From: Nannocystis bainbridge
Lineage (GTDB): Bacteria > Myxococcota_A > Polyangia > Nannocystales > Nannocystaceae
Length of the DNA: 64,000 nt
Reading direction: 5' to 3'
Assembly (NCBI RefSeq): GCF_028368995.1
Contig: NZ_JAQNDL010000001.1
Coordinates: 960,001-1,024,000 of the forward strand
Position numbers and translations under genes: made by a program. A model generated the notes under the pieces. The model was not told the origin of the DNA and did no database searches. It was given only the letters and a program-made list of their open reading frames with translations. This document shows, piece after piece, positions 21,793 to 31,365 of the stretch. Position 1 is the stretch's first letter; each line of letters begins with the position of its first letter.

Positions 21793-22926
21793 TTGTCTCG
21801 AATCCTTGCCTGCAGTCCTTTCTTGTTCCTCTTCACCGTCGCCTGCGGCGACCTCGAGAAGCTCTCGTCGACCGAGGGCGACGACCCCGGCAGCTCGTCC
21901 ACCACCGGCGCCAGCGACGGCTCCGCCACCACCGAGCCGGCCAGCCCCACCGGCGAAGCGACCGACAGCTCGACCACCGCCTCCACCCCCGATCCACTCA
22001 CCACGGGCGACCCCGTCACCACCGAGCCCGATCCGACCGACGGCCTCACCACCACCACCACCACCACCACCACCACCGATACCTCGACCACCACCGACAT
22101 CGGCACCTCGACCACCGACGACACCTCGACCACCGGCCTCGACCCGGTCGGTCCCGAGCTGCCCGTGCCGACCGCCGACTGTCCCGACATCGTCGACGGC
22201 GACGTCAGCTTCCACCCCGCCGGCCTCGACAGCCCGCGCGACGTGCGGATCTGGGTCGACCTCGACACCGCCCAGCAGGCCGACGGGCCGGTCGTGTTCT
22301 ACTGGCACGGCACGGGCGGCTCACCGCAGGAGGCGCTCACCGGCATCGGCGAGCTGGGCATCCAGGAGATCCTCGACCTCGGCGGCATCGTCATCGCGCC
22401 CACGCACGACCCGATGGCCGGCATCTTCCCGTGGTGGCTCGTGCTCAGCGAGACCGACGATGACCTGCAGCTCGCCGACGAGGTCCTCGCCTGCGCCCGC
22501 GAGCAGATCGGCGTCGACGCCAGCCGGATCTACGCCGCTGGTTTCAGCGCCGGCGGCCTCAACACCGCGCAGATGAGCATCCGTCGCTCGGGCTACATCG
22601 CCGCCGCCGCCCCCTACTCGGGCGGCCTCATCTTCGGCGCCAAGCCGCCATTCCAGGACCCCGACAACAAATTCTCCGCCATGATCTTCCACGGCGGCCC
22701 CGGCGACGTCGTCGTCGTCGGCTTCGAGCAGGCCAGCAAGGACTACGCCGCCTACCTCGACGACAACGACGAATTCAACTTCCTCTGCAACCACGGCGGC
22801 GGCCACTCGATCCCCGACGCCCAGGACAGCGTCATGCAGTTCTTCTTCGACCACCCCTACGGCGTCGGCGCCTCCCCGTACGCCCAGGGCCTGCCGGGCG
22901 ACTTCCCCGGCTACTGCGACCTCTGA
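21793..22926 (+). CDS. Lipoprotein with Thr-rich linker and alpha/beta hydrolase (LpqC/PHB depolymerase-like) domain
   Basis: TVAC lipobox; VFYWHGTGGS, GFSAGG nucleophile, FHGGPGD, HGGGH; (ACC)10 at 22048-22077. Confidence 0.75.
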   Translation: MSRILACSPFLFLFTVACGDLEKLSSTEGDDPGSSSTTGASDGSATTEPASPTGEATDSSTTASTPDPLTTGDPVTTEPDPTDGLTTTTTTTTTTDTSTTTDIGTSTTDDTSTTGLDPVGPELPVPTADCPDIVDGDVSFHPAGLDSPRDVRIWVDLDTAQQADGPVVFYWHGTGGSPQEALTGIGELGIQEILDLGGIVIAPTHDPMAGIFPWWLVLSETDDDLQLADEVLACAREQIGVDASRIYAAGFSAGGLNTAQMSIRRSGYIAAAAPYSGGLIFGAKPPFQDPDNKFSAMIFHGGPGDVVVVGFEQASKDYAAYLDDNDEFNFLCNHGGGHSIPDAQDSVMQFFFDHPYGVGASPYAQGLPGDFPGYCDL

Positions 22927-22932
22927 CCGAAG

Positions 22933-22985
22933 GGACACGTCCTCTCGGACATGGCCATGCGGCCATGTCCTCTCGGACATGTCCC
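22933..22985. repeat. 14-bp-period palindrome array at a convergent junction
   Basis: Cores at 22936, 22950, 22964, 22978; TGTCCTCTCGGACA. Confidence 0.85.
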
Positions 22986-22986
22986 A

Positions 22987-23796
22987 TCAATCGAGCTTGC
23001 TCGTCTTCGAGCGCGTGTCGCGTTGCAGCAAGCACATCAGCCCCGGGAAGTGCTGGCCGAGGAACGCCCCCAGCTTGCCGTGGGCCGTGAACGTGTACTC
23101 CCGCTTGCGCGCCGCGATCGCCTTGACCATCACCCGCGCCGCGTCGTCGGCCGTCCACATCAGCGCCGCCGGGCGCTTGTCGCGGCGGCTGGCCTCGAAC
23201 TGGCCCTGATTGTCGACCTGCCCGATCTCCGTGCTGACGAACCCCGGGTTCAGCAGCGTGCAGCTCACCCCCGAGCCGCGCAGCTCCATCGCCAGCGTCA
23301 GCCCCACCGCTCGCAGCGCGAACTTCGAGGCCGAGTAGGCGCCCACGCGCGGGCTGGCGAGGAGCCCCGACACGCTGCTGACCAGGCCCAGGCGGCCGCC
23401 CGTGCGGCGCAGCGCCGGCAGGCTGTGGCGGATCACCGCCATCGCCCCGAAGAAGTTGGTCTCGAACTGGCGCTGCCAGTCGTCGGCGGTCAGGTCCTCG
23501 ACGCGGCCGATCACCCCGAAGCCGGCGTTCGCCACCGCCACATCGAGGCGACCGAAGTGGGCCACGATCGACTGCACCGCCGCGGCGACCTCGTCGTCGC
23601 GGCGCACGTCGCAGGGGACCGCGAGGGCGCGGCGACCGAGGCCCTCGACCTCCGCGACCACCTCGGCGAGGCGCTCCTGGCGGCGCCCCGACACCGCCAC
23701 ATCGGCCCCGCGGCGGGCGAACTCGCGGGCCAGCGCCCGCCCGATCCCCGCCGTCGCGCCGGCGATCCACGCGACCTGTCCGTCGAACTGCGTCAT
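22987..23796 (-). CDS. SDR family oxidoreductase
   Basis: AGATAGIG, ANAG, YSASK. Confidence 0.9.
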   Translation of the reverse strand: MTQFDGQVAWIAGATAGIGRALAREFARRGADVAVSGRRQERLAEVVAEVEGLGRRALAVPCDVRRDDEVAAAVQSIVAHFGRLDVAVANAGFGVIGRVEDLTADDWQRQFETNFFGAMAVIRHSLPALRRTGGRLGLVSSVSGLLASPRVGAYSASKFALRAVGLTLAMELRGSGVSCTLLNPGFVSTEIGQVDNQGQFEASRRDKRPAALMWTADDAARVMVKAIAARKREYTFTAHGKLGAFLGQHFPGLMCLLQRDTRSKTSKLD

Positions 23797-23843
23797 GGCG
23801 CGCACCTTACCGCAAGCCGCGGCCGGTGCGCGCCGCTGACCGC

Positions 23844-24776
23844 TCAGAAGGCGTACAGGAGGTTCTGGTTCCAGCCGTCGAGGCCGATGGAGATCTGGCC
23901 GCTCTGCGTCTGGTACCCCGCCTGATACGACGCCTTGAGATCGGCCAGGCTGAACTCGAGCGACACGGTCGGCGCCGCGTCGCAGAGGTCGCCGTTGGCG
24001 TCGTGCGAGATCTCGAGGCCGACCTGGACCGGCTCCGACTCGGCGAACAGCCCGTCCCAGCACAGCGCGAAGTCGTGTTCAGCGCAGCCGCCGCCGTACT
24101 GGATCTCGACCTTCAGCGCATCGCCGACGATCGCCGCGTCCAGCACCTGGTACGGATCGGCCGGCGCCGGATCGGAGCACGCCAGCGCCCCCTCGATCGT
24201 GCACTCGCTGCTGCAGCCGTCGCCGCTCACCGTGTTGCTGTCGTCGCAGACCTCGTCGCCCTCGACCACCCCGTCGCCGCACACGCTCGCGCTGGTCGTC
24301 GACGACCCCTCGGTCTCGTTCGGCTCGCCGTCCGTGCCGGTGCCCTCGGTCTCCTCGCAACCGATCTCGGTGCAGGCCCAGTCCCCGCCATAGCACGTGC
24401 ACGTGTTGCAGCCGTCCTCGGCGGGCTTCGTCTCGCCCTCTTCGCACTCGAGGCCCTCGCACGCGATCTCGGTGCAGGCCCAGCCGCCCTCGGTGCACGT
24501 GCACGTGTTGCAGCCGTCTTGCGCCGGCTTCGTCTCGCCGTCTTCGCAGCCATCGTCGCAAGCCTTCAGCGTGCAGCTCCAGTCGCCGCCCTCGCACGTG
24601 CACGTGTTGCAGCCATCCTCGGACGGCTTGGTCTCGCCGTTCTGGCAGGTCAGGTTGCCGGACGTCTCGTCGCCGATCTGCTTGGGGTCGCAGGCCGCGG
24701 CCGAGGCGCCGAGCAGCGCCCCGACGAGCAGCAGGTTGCGGTGGATGTTCAGGGCATTAAGGAAAGTGAAGCGCAT
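23844..24776 (-). CDS. Lipoprotein with three pacifastin-like inhibitor repeats and a myxobacterial Cys-rich (DUF4215) repeat
   Basis: 3x C..GETKP.(E/Q)DGCNTCTC.GG.W.CT...C; CGDGVVEGDEVCDDSN..SGDGCS; C-terminal YGGGC domain. Confidence 0.8.
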   Translation of the reverse strand: MRFTFLNALNIHRNLLLVGALLGASAAACDPKQIGDETSGNLTCQNGETKPSEDGCNTCTCEGGDWSCTLKACDDGCEDGETKPAQDGCNTCTCTEGGWACTEIACEGLECEEGETKPAEDGCNTCTCYGGDWACTEIGCEETEGTGTDGEPNETEGSSTTSASVCGDGVVEGDEVCDDSNTVSGDGCSSECTIEGALACSDPAPADPYQVLDAAIVGDALKVEIQYGGGCAEHDFALCWDGLFAESEPVQVGLEISHDANGDLCDAAPTVSLEFSLADLKASYQAGYQTQSGQISIGLDGWNQNLLYAF

Positions 24777-24899
24777 GGTGGTCGTTCCTGAGATGGGTGC
24801 TTCGTAGTTGTCCGCCCTGCCGCCCATCTGTGTCCGCCCTCGCGATTTTTTTCGAAGCGTTCGCGGCGCCATGGCCCCGGCGCTTCCGCACCCCCTGCA

Positions 24900-25760
24900 T
24901 CACGGCTCGGCGCAGCCCAGGCGCACCCGCTCGGCCAGCGCCGACCCGCCGTGCGCGCGCAGGAACACCTGCGCCGCCGCCCGGCCCTCCGCCGCGCGAT
25001 CGCCCGCGCACAGCGCCAGCGCCCGCAGGGCGTCGTGCTCCTCACGCAGCGCCCCGCGCGGGAACTGCTGCGCGTATGCATGCAGCAGCGTCAGCGCCTC
25101 CGCGGCCCGCGAGCCCTGGATCGCCGCCTGCGCTCGCCCCAGCAGCTCCGCCTCCTGCGCCAGCGAGCTCGCCTCCACCGCGCTCGCCTCGCTCTCCGCC
25201 GCGCTCGCCTCATGCGAGCCCGTCGGCGAGCTCCGCCGCTCCGATGCGCGCGCCTCGCCGCTGCCGCGACCGACTCGCAGCGAATGATCTGTCCCCTTGA
25301 ACATGTCCCTCACGACATGCTCTCTGGCGCTATCATCATCCCTCGACGAAGTCGCGCTCGGTTGTTCCTCACGGTTCTCTGTCTCTCGGACCATGTCCCC
25401 CGAGACAGGCTCGCTCGCGCCCGCCCGCACCGGCTCGCTCGTCGCCGCCTGCCGCTCCGCGTACGCCGCCGCCTCGCCGCCCTGGCGGGACCCGACCAGC
25501 GGCCCCAGCACCCCTGCGCGCGAGGCCAGTAGCACCGCCGCCGCTGCCGCGACCACCACCCCGGCCCACACCCATTCCGACACGCCCCTTCGGACCTGCC
25601 CTTTCGGCCATGTCCCTTCGGCCCGGGTGCTCGCCGCCACGCGGGCCCACACCCGCGCCTCGGTCGCGGCCGGCAGCTCCTCCGCGACGCGGAACGCCCG
25701 CAACGCCGCTGCTGCCTGCGGATCGAGCTCCCCCTCGCGCCCCCGTGGTCCCGTCGTCAT
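24900..25760 (-). CDS. Putative anti-sigma factor (single TM, C-terminal TPR-like helices)
   Basis: Coupled to ECF sigma; TM WVWAGVVVAAAAAVLLA; LAQEAELLGRAQAA...FPRGALREE...ALC. Confidence 0.7.
   Translation of the reverse strand: MTTGPRGREGELDPQAAAALRAFRVAEELPAATEARVWARVAASTRAEGTWPKGQVRRGVSEWVWAGVVVAAAAAVLLASRAGVLGPLVGSRQGGEAAAYAERQAATSEPVRAGASEPVSGDMVRETENREEQPSATSSRDDDSAREHVVRDMFKGTDHSLRVGRGSGEARASERRSSPTGSHEASAAESEASAVEASSLAQEAELLGRAQAAIQGSRAAEALTLLHAYAQQFPRGALREEHDALRALALCAGDRAAEGRAAAQVFLRAHGGSALAERVRLGCAEP
25285..25620. repeat. Three 14-bp-period triplets inside the anti-sigma CDS
   Basis: Cores at 25288/25302/25316, 25378/25392/25406, 25581/25595/25609. Confidence 0.7.
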
Positions 25761-26299
25761 CCTGCCGCAGCCCTTCCGCGCAGCCCGTCTCGCTCGGCCA
25801 GCGCTCGTTGAAACAGCTCTCGCGTCGCCCGCAGCCGCGAGTACGCCGTATTGAGGTTCAGCCCCAGCGCCTCCGCGATCTCCGGCACCCGCATGCCCTC
25901 GATGTCGGCCAGCGCGAACAGCATCCGCCGCTCCTCGTCGAGCCCGTCGAGGAACCCGCGCACGAACGCCGCCGCCTGCTCCTGCGCCGCCCCGGTCTCC
26001 GGATCGGGCCCCGACCCCGGCACCGGCGCCACGCTCAGCCTTCGCTCCGCGCGCACGTTGCTGCGGCGGTGGTTGGCCGCCACGCCGCGGGCGATCCCGT
26101 ACAGCCAGCTGGTCAGCGCCGCCCGCCCGTCGTACTCGCGCAGCCGGCGATGCACCACCAGGAACACGTCGTGCACCACGTCCTCTTGCGCCGACTCGGC
26201 CACCCCGAGGCGCCGCACCACCCGCCACACGAACCCCGCGTGCGCGCGGTAGACTTCCGCGAGCGTCAGCGGGTCGGCAGAGGGGCTTTCGCCGGGCAT
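25757..26299 (-). CDS. ECF RNA polymerase sigma factor
   Basis: EDVVHDVFL, TSWLYGIA region 2; EIAEALGLNLNTAYSRL region 4. Confidence 0.92.
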   Translation of the reverse strand: MPGESPSADPLTLAEVYRAHAGFVWRVVRRLGVAESAQEDVVHDVFLVVHRRLREYDGRAALTSWLYGIARGVAANHRRSNVRAERRLSVAPVPGSGPDPETGAAQEQAAAFVRGFLDGLDEERRMLFALADIEGMRVPEIAEALGLNLNTAYSRLRATRELFQRALAERDGLRGRAAAG

Positions 26300-26391
26300 C
26301 CCGCGTGATTGTCCAGCTTCTCGGGTTTCTGTCACCCCACCCCTCGTGCGCGCTGGCGCACCCACCCGCCCCCGGGGCATCCTCCTCTTCG

Positions 26392-27828
26392 ATGCACCCC
26401 GCGCGCGTCCTCCCCGTGGTCGTCCTGCTCTCGGCCCACTGCGCCGACGAGCCCACCAGCGGCTTCTCGGCCACCGTCCCCGCGGACACCACCGCGCCGA
26501 TCACCAACCCCCAGAGCAGCTTCCCCGACGCCACCGACACCGCCGACGCCACGACCACCACGACCGGCAGCCCGACGACCACCACCGGCACCACCACCGA
26601 CGCGCTCACCACCACCGAAGCTGCGTCGACCTCCTCGACGACGACCACGACGACCTCGACCACCGGCGACCCCTCGACCACCACCGCCACCGGGATCTGC
26701 GGCGACGGCGTCGTCGACGACGGCGAGGTCTGCGACGACGGCGACGCCGACGACGACGCCTGCCTCGGCGACTGTACTTCGGGACAGGCGCTGCTCGTGC
26801 TCGCCGGCGCCGGCCCGACCCCCGCCCTGGCCGCCCGCTACGTGCCCGGCCCCGGCTGGACCGTCGCCGAGCTCGACGTCGACCTCGGCGAGACCGCCCT
26901 CGTCGCCACCCACCTCGGCGCGCTCGGCGTCGGTCGCCGCGCCGCCGCCGACGCCGACGCGGAGAACGAGCTGACCTTCACGACATGGTCCAAGGGACAG
27001 CCCGAGACCTGGACCTCCGCCCAGCCGGTCGGCGCGTTCGGCTTCGCCATCGACGGCCCCGGCCTGGCCGCGGTCGGCGAGACCGTCACGCTCGCCTTCC
27101 TCGGCACCGACTTCAAGCACTACACCGCCCTGTGGACCGACGGCACCTGGGCCACGTTCGGCCCGCTGCCGGCCGGCATGCCGCAGGTCCAGGCCTTCGG
27201 CCCCAGCGCCGCCGTGCTCGCCTCGGGCCCCGCCGAGACCTACGCCGCCTACGCCGGCGACAACGGCAAGATCTTCTACAACTTCAAGGCCTCGCCGGGC
27301 GGCGCCTGGCAGTCGTCGATGCAGGCCCCGCCGCCGCTCGTCGTCAGCGGCCTCACCCCTGCCGCCCTCGTCGACGCCGACGGCGACCTGCTGATCGCCT
27401 ACGTGCGCGCGACCGACGGCAAGATCGCCGTCGTCAAGCTGCTCACCCCGCAGAACGCCTGGACCGTCGAGGCCATCGTCGACGACCTCGCCATCACCGC
27501 CAGCGAGCTCGCCTTCGTCGCCGTTGACGACGGCGCCTATTACATCGCCTGGAAGGGCTACGACGACGACGGCGTGTACGCCGTGCGCGGCCTCGACCAC
27601 GACGACTGGGGCGCCCCCTTCACCGCCGCCGAACCTGCGACGACCACCCTCCCGCCGGCCCTCGCGCGCGGGGCCGCCGGCGCCGACGCCGAGCTCGTCT
27701 ACGTCACCGGCGGCGCGCTGCAGCACGTCCGCCTCGTCGGCGACAGCCCCAGCCAGCCCAGCGTCGTCCCGGGCGCCACCGGCCTCAAGGCCCGCCCCGC
27801 CGCCGTGCGCGTGCAGATCGGCGGCTGA
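26392..27828 (+). CDS. Lipoprotein with Thr-rich linker, Cys-rich repeat and probable beta-propeller
   Basis: LSAHC lipobox, CGDGVVDDGEVCDDGD, W-containing beta repeats. Confidence 0.7.
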   Translation: MHPARVLPVVVLLSAHCADEPTSGFSATVPADTTAPITNPQSSFPDATDTADATTTTTGSPTTTTGTTTDALTTTEAASTSSTTTTTTSTTGDPSTTTATGICGDGVVDDGEVCDDGDADDDACLGDCTSGQALLVLAGAGPTPALAARYVPGPGWTVAELDVDLGETALVATHLGALGVGRRAAADADAENELTFTTWSKGQPETWTSAQPVGAFGFAIDGPGLAAVGETVTLAFLGTDFKHYTALWTDGTWATFGPLPAGMPQVQAFGPSAAVLASGPAETYAAYAGDNGKIFYNFKASPGGAWQSSMQAPPPLVVSGLTPAALVDADGDLLIAYVRATDGKIAVVKLLTPQNAWTVEAIVDDLAITASELAFVAVDDGAYYIAWKGYDDDGVYAVRGLDHDDWGAPFTAAEPATTTLPPALARGAAGADAELVYVTGGALQHVRLVGDSPSQPSVVPGATGLKARPAAVRVQIGG

Positions 27829-27834
27829 CTCAAA

Positions 27835-27900
27835 GAGTATGTCCATTCGGACATGTTCTTCACAACATGTCGATGAAGCTATGTCTCCAAGGACATAGAA
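27835..27900. repeat. 14-bp-period palindrome array at a convergent junction
   Basis: Cores at 27838, 27852, 27866, 27880, 27894. Confidence 0.8.
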
Positions 27901-28112
27901 CATCGCCCCAGCAACACCCGATCTCGCCACCATTCCGATCGAACAGCCGCCGCGTCTATCGGTGAAGCACAGCGCAGACCCGCTGCGATGACCCTGCCGC
28001 TCCCTGGGTGCGCCTCATTCCAAATGCAGCGCGCCGCGCGGAAGTGCCGGAGCGTCCGCGCCGTTCGGTGCTCCTCATCCGCTCCACCAGCGGCCCGCGC
28101 CGCCCCCCGCCC

Positions 28113-29189
28113 CTACCGCAGCCGCACTTCCATGCCCGCCAGCACCTGCCCGCCGAGGCGCGCCGCCTCGTGCACCCTCACCCCACCGGCCGTCACGAAG
28201 CTCGGCCGCAGCAGCGCCACGACCGCGTCGGCGCCGGCCCACAGCCCCACGCGCCCGCGCGGGTGCCACACCACGGACGCCCCGAGCGTCGCTGCCAGCC
28301 ACGGCGAGCGCTCCGAGGTCGTCGTCATCAGCCCGCTGCCGCGGCCGCGGCCCTCCATCGCCCCGACCTGCAGCCCCAGACACAGCGGCACCGCCACCTG
28401 CCCGCGGCGCAGCACCGGGCACCCGCGCAGCTCGACCGCCCCCGCCTGAAACAGCCCCCCGATCGCCGCCGTCCCGCCCGCCACTGGCGGCGCGTAAAGC
28501 CCGCCGAGCTCCGCCCGCCAGCGCCGGCCGCCCACGCTCAGCGCCAGGCTCAGCGCCGCGCTCGGCCCGGGTAGCAGCCGCGCGAAGCTCACCCCCGCCG
28601 CCACCCGCACCCCGACCTGCACGCGCCGCCCGGGCCCTGCCGCCGGCTCCGCAATATCCGGCGCCACGGCCACCGGCGCCTCCATCTCGTCCGATACCGG
28701 CGGCTCACTTGGCCCTTCGGACATGTCCTTCACGACCGGTCCTTTCGGACCTTCCCTATGCGACATGTCCTCCACGACCTGTCCATTCGGGCCTGCCCCT
28801 TGCGCCACGTCGACCGGCGGCGCCGGGACCACGGTCTCGCCCGTCGCCGGGGCCGCCAGCGCCGCGCGTGGATCGACCGCGATCGCCACCACCAGCGCGG
28901 CAGCGTCGACCAGCTCCTCGCAGCGCGGCGCCGTCAGCTCGCGGCGACCGCCGCCGCTCGTCCCTGTCAGCTCGAGCGTCAGCGCCCAGCGGCCCGGGCT
29001 CGCCTCGCGGACCGTCGCCCGGGCCGTCAGGTTGGCCCGCTCGGCGGCCTCCTGCCCCGTCATCCGCACCACCCGCGCCCGCACCTCGGCCTCGCCCGGG
29101 CAGCCCTCCGGGGCCGTCCACGCCAGCACCAGCCCCGGGGGCGGCTCGGCGGCAGCGACGATCGTCGCCGCCATCAGCACGGCGAGCAT
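28113..29189 (-). CDS. Secreted/outer-membrane protein (WxAPxGCP N-domain, Pro linker, beta-strand-rich C-terminus)
   Basis: Signal peptide, WTAPEGCP, RELTAPRCEELVDAAALVVAIAVDP, amphipathic beta strands ending GMEVRLR. Confidence 0.65.
   Translation of the reverse strand: MLAVLMAATIVAAAEPPPGLVLAWTAPEGCPGEAEVRARVVRMTGQEAAERANLTARATVREASPGRWALTLELTGTSGGGRRELTAPRCEELVDAAALVVAIAVDPRAALAAPATGETVVPAPPVDVAQGAGPNGQVVEDMSHREGPKGPVVKDMSEGPSEPPVSDEMEAPVAVAPDIAEPAAGPGRRVQVGVRVAAGVSFARLLPGPSAALSLALSVGGRRWRAELGGLYAPPVAGGTAAIGGLFQAGAVELRGCPVLRRGQVAVPLCLGLQVGAMEGRGRGSGLMTTTSERSPWLAATLGASVVWHPRGRVGLWAGADAVVALLRPSFVTAGGVRVHEAARLGGQVLAGMEVRLR
28705..28812. repeat. Eight-core 14-bp-period array in frame within a CDS linker
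   Basis: Cores at 28708, 28722, 28736, 28750, 28764, 28778, 28792, 28806; peptide QGAGPNGQVVEDMSHREGPKGPVVKDMSEGPS. Confidence 0.75.
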
Positions 29190-29196
29190 CGTCGCG

Positions 29197-29820
29197 TCAG
29201 CCTAGCAGATCTGCGCTGCCCCGGACCACACCGCCGGCTGCACGCACCGCGTCCAGCGCGGCCGCCACGTCCCCCGGCTGCAGCTCGACCCCGCGGCAGC
29301 CGTCCTCGACCAGAGTGGTCGTGAGCCCCAGCGACAGGGCGTCGAGCGCCGTGAACTTCACGCAGTAATCGGTGGCGAGCCCGAGCACCACCGCCTCCAC
29401 GACCGCGCGCGCCCGCAGGAACTCGCCGAGCCCCGTCGAGCGCCGGCGGCCGTTGTCGAAGAACCCGCTGTACGAATCGACCGCCGGATCGACCCCCTTG
29501 ACGAACACGTGCGCCTCCGGCCCCAGCCGCAGCCCGTCCGCGAATTCGGCCCCCGGCGTGCCCTGCACGCAGTGCATCGGCCACAGCACCTGCTGCAGCC
29601 CCGCCAGCGTCACCACCTCGCCCGGCGTGCGGCCCGGGTGATTGGCGGCGAAGCTGCCGTGCTCCGGCGGGTGCCAGTCCTGCGTCGCCACCACCAGCGG
29701 GAACCTCGGCATCAGCGCGTTCGCCACCGCGATCACGCGATCGCCCTCCGGCACCGCCAGCGCCCCACCCGGCAAAAAATCGTTCTGGATGTCGACCAGG
29801 ATCAGCGCCCGCATCCTCAC
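29197..29820 (-). CDS. pncA: Nicotinamidase/pyrazinamidase
   Basis: VDIQNDF, TQDWHP, WPMHCVQGTPGA, DSYSGF, GLATDYCV. Confidence 0.93.
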   Translation of the reverse strand: MRMRALILVDIQNDFLPGGALAVPEGDRVIAVANALMPRFPLVVATQDWHPPEHGSFAANHPGRTPGEVVTLAGLQQVLWPMHCVQGTPGAEFADGLRLGPEAHVFVKGVDPAVDSYSGFFDNGRRRSTGLGEFLRARAVVEAVVLGLATDYCVKFTALDALSLGLTTTLVEDGCRGVELQPGDVAAALDAVRAAGGVVRGSADLLG

Positions 29821-31258
29821 CGCTCCCTCCGCGCCTCGGCCATCAACCTGGCCTTCAGGTCAGCCAGCGGTCGGTCGAGCGCGACCGGATAGCTCGCCGG
29901 CGCGTCGAACCGCCGCACCGCCGGATCGAGCCGCTGCAGCTGCGCCTGCGTCCGCGCCCGCACCTCGTCGAGCGGCGGCGGCAGGTAGACCGGCGCCCCG
30001 CCGCGCAGCACCGGCACCAGCAGGTCCTCGACGCTCGCCCCCGCCGGCGGCGCGAACTCCCCGGCCGCGTCGACCCGCGCGCCCGCGCCGTGCAGCCCGA
30101 GCCCCTCCTCGTAGATCAGATCGCCGAGCAGACGTCCCGCCGGATCGGCGTGGCGCCGCACCTGCTGCACGCCCGGGTTCGACACCTTGACTGGCTCTTC
30201 GGACAGCTTGATCCGGTACTCCCAGCCCGCCGGCCCGCGCAGCGCCGCCAGCTTGTACACCCCGCCCAGCGCCGGCTGGTCGTACGCCGTCACCAGGCGC
30301 GTGCCCACGCCCCACACGCCGATCGCCGCGCCCCTGGCCTTGAGCGCCGCGATCTCGCGCTCGTCGAGGTCGTTGCTGGCGACGATGGCGGCCTGCTCGA
30401 GCCCGGCGTCGTCGAGGATCTCGCGGGCCGCGCGCTGAGCGCCGCGAGGTCGCCGGAGTCGAGGCGCACCCCCGCCATCGCGTGCCCACGCGCCGCCAGC
30501 TGCTTACCGACCTCGGCCGCGCGCCGCACCCCCTCGATCGTGTCGTAGGTGTCGACCAGGAACGTGCAGTTGTTCGGCAGCGCCTCGGCGTAGCTGGCGA
30601 ACGCCTCGCGCTCGTCGGCGAACGACATCACCCAGCTGTGCGCGTGCGTGCCCCGGACCGGGATCCCGTAGCGCATGCCGGCGAGCACGTTCGAGGTCGC
30701 CGCGCACCCGCCGATGTACGCCGCGCGCGAGGCCGTCAGCGCCCCGTCGCTGCCCTGCGCCCGCCGCAGCCCGAACTCGACCACCGGATCGCCGCCCGCC
30801 GCCTCGCAGATGCGCGCCGATTTGGTGGCGATCAGCGTCGAGAAGTTGATGAAGTTGAGCAGCGGTGTCTCGAGCAACTGACACTGCGCCAGCGGCCCGC
30901 GCACCCGCAGCAGCGGCTCGTGGGGGAACACCGGCGTCCCCTCCGGCACCGCCTCGACGTCGAGCGTCAGCTTCAGCGCCCCCAGATATTCCAGGAACCC
31001 GGGCTCGAGCAGCCGCCGGCCGTCGTTGCCGCGCAGCGTCGCCAGGTAGGCCAGGTCCTCCGGCGTGAACCGGAACTCGGCCATGTACTGCAGCGCGTCC
31101 TGCAGCCCGGCCGCGATCGCATAGCCGCCGCGGAACGGCGACCGGCGAAAGAACAGGTTGAACACCGCCTCTTCGTCCGCGCGCCCCAGCTTCCAGTAGC
31201 CGCAGGCCATCGAGACTTGGTAGAGGTCCGTAAGCAGCGCCAGCGAGCCGCGCAACAC
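29817..31258 (-). pseudogene. pncB: Nicotinate phosphoribosyltransferase, frameshifted near 30435 (or sequencing error)
   Basis: [37 protein letters not shown]; continuation [35 protein letters not shown] is in another frame. Confidence 0.85.
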
Positions 31259-31365
31259 GTCGCTGGGGGTAGCGCGCCGGCCCTGCCCGCGTCAAGGCGC
31301 GCGCGCTGCCGATCGCTCGCGCGTCAATGCGCGCCTCGCATCACCGCGCGATCGCGCGGATGACG

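Noticed and set aside
22048-22077. (ACC)10 as a phase-variation tract
   Set aside because: In-frame trinucleotide in a Thr-rich linker like those of several other lipoproteins here.
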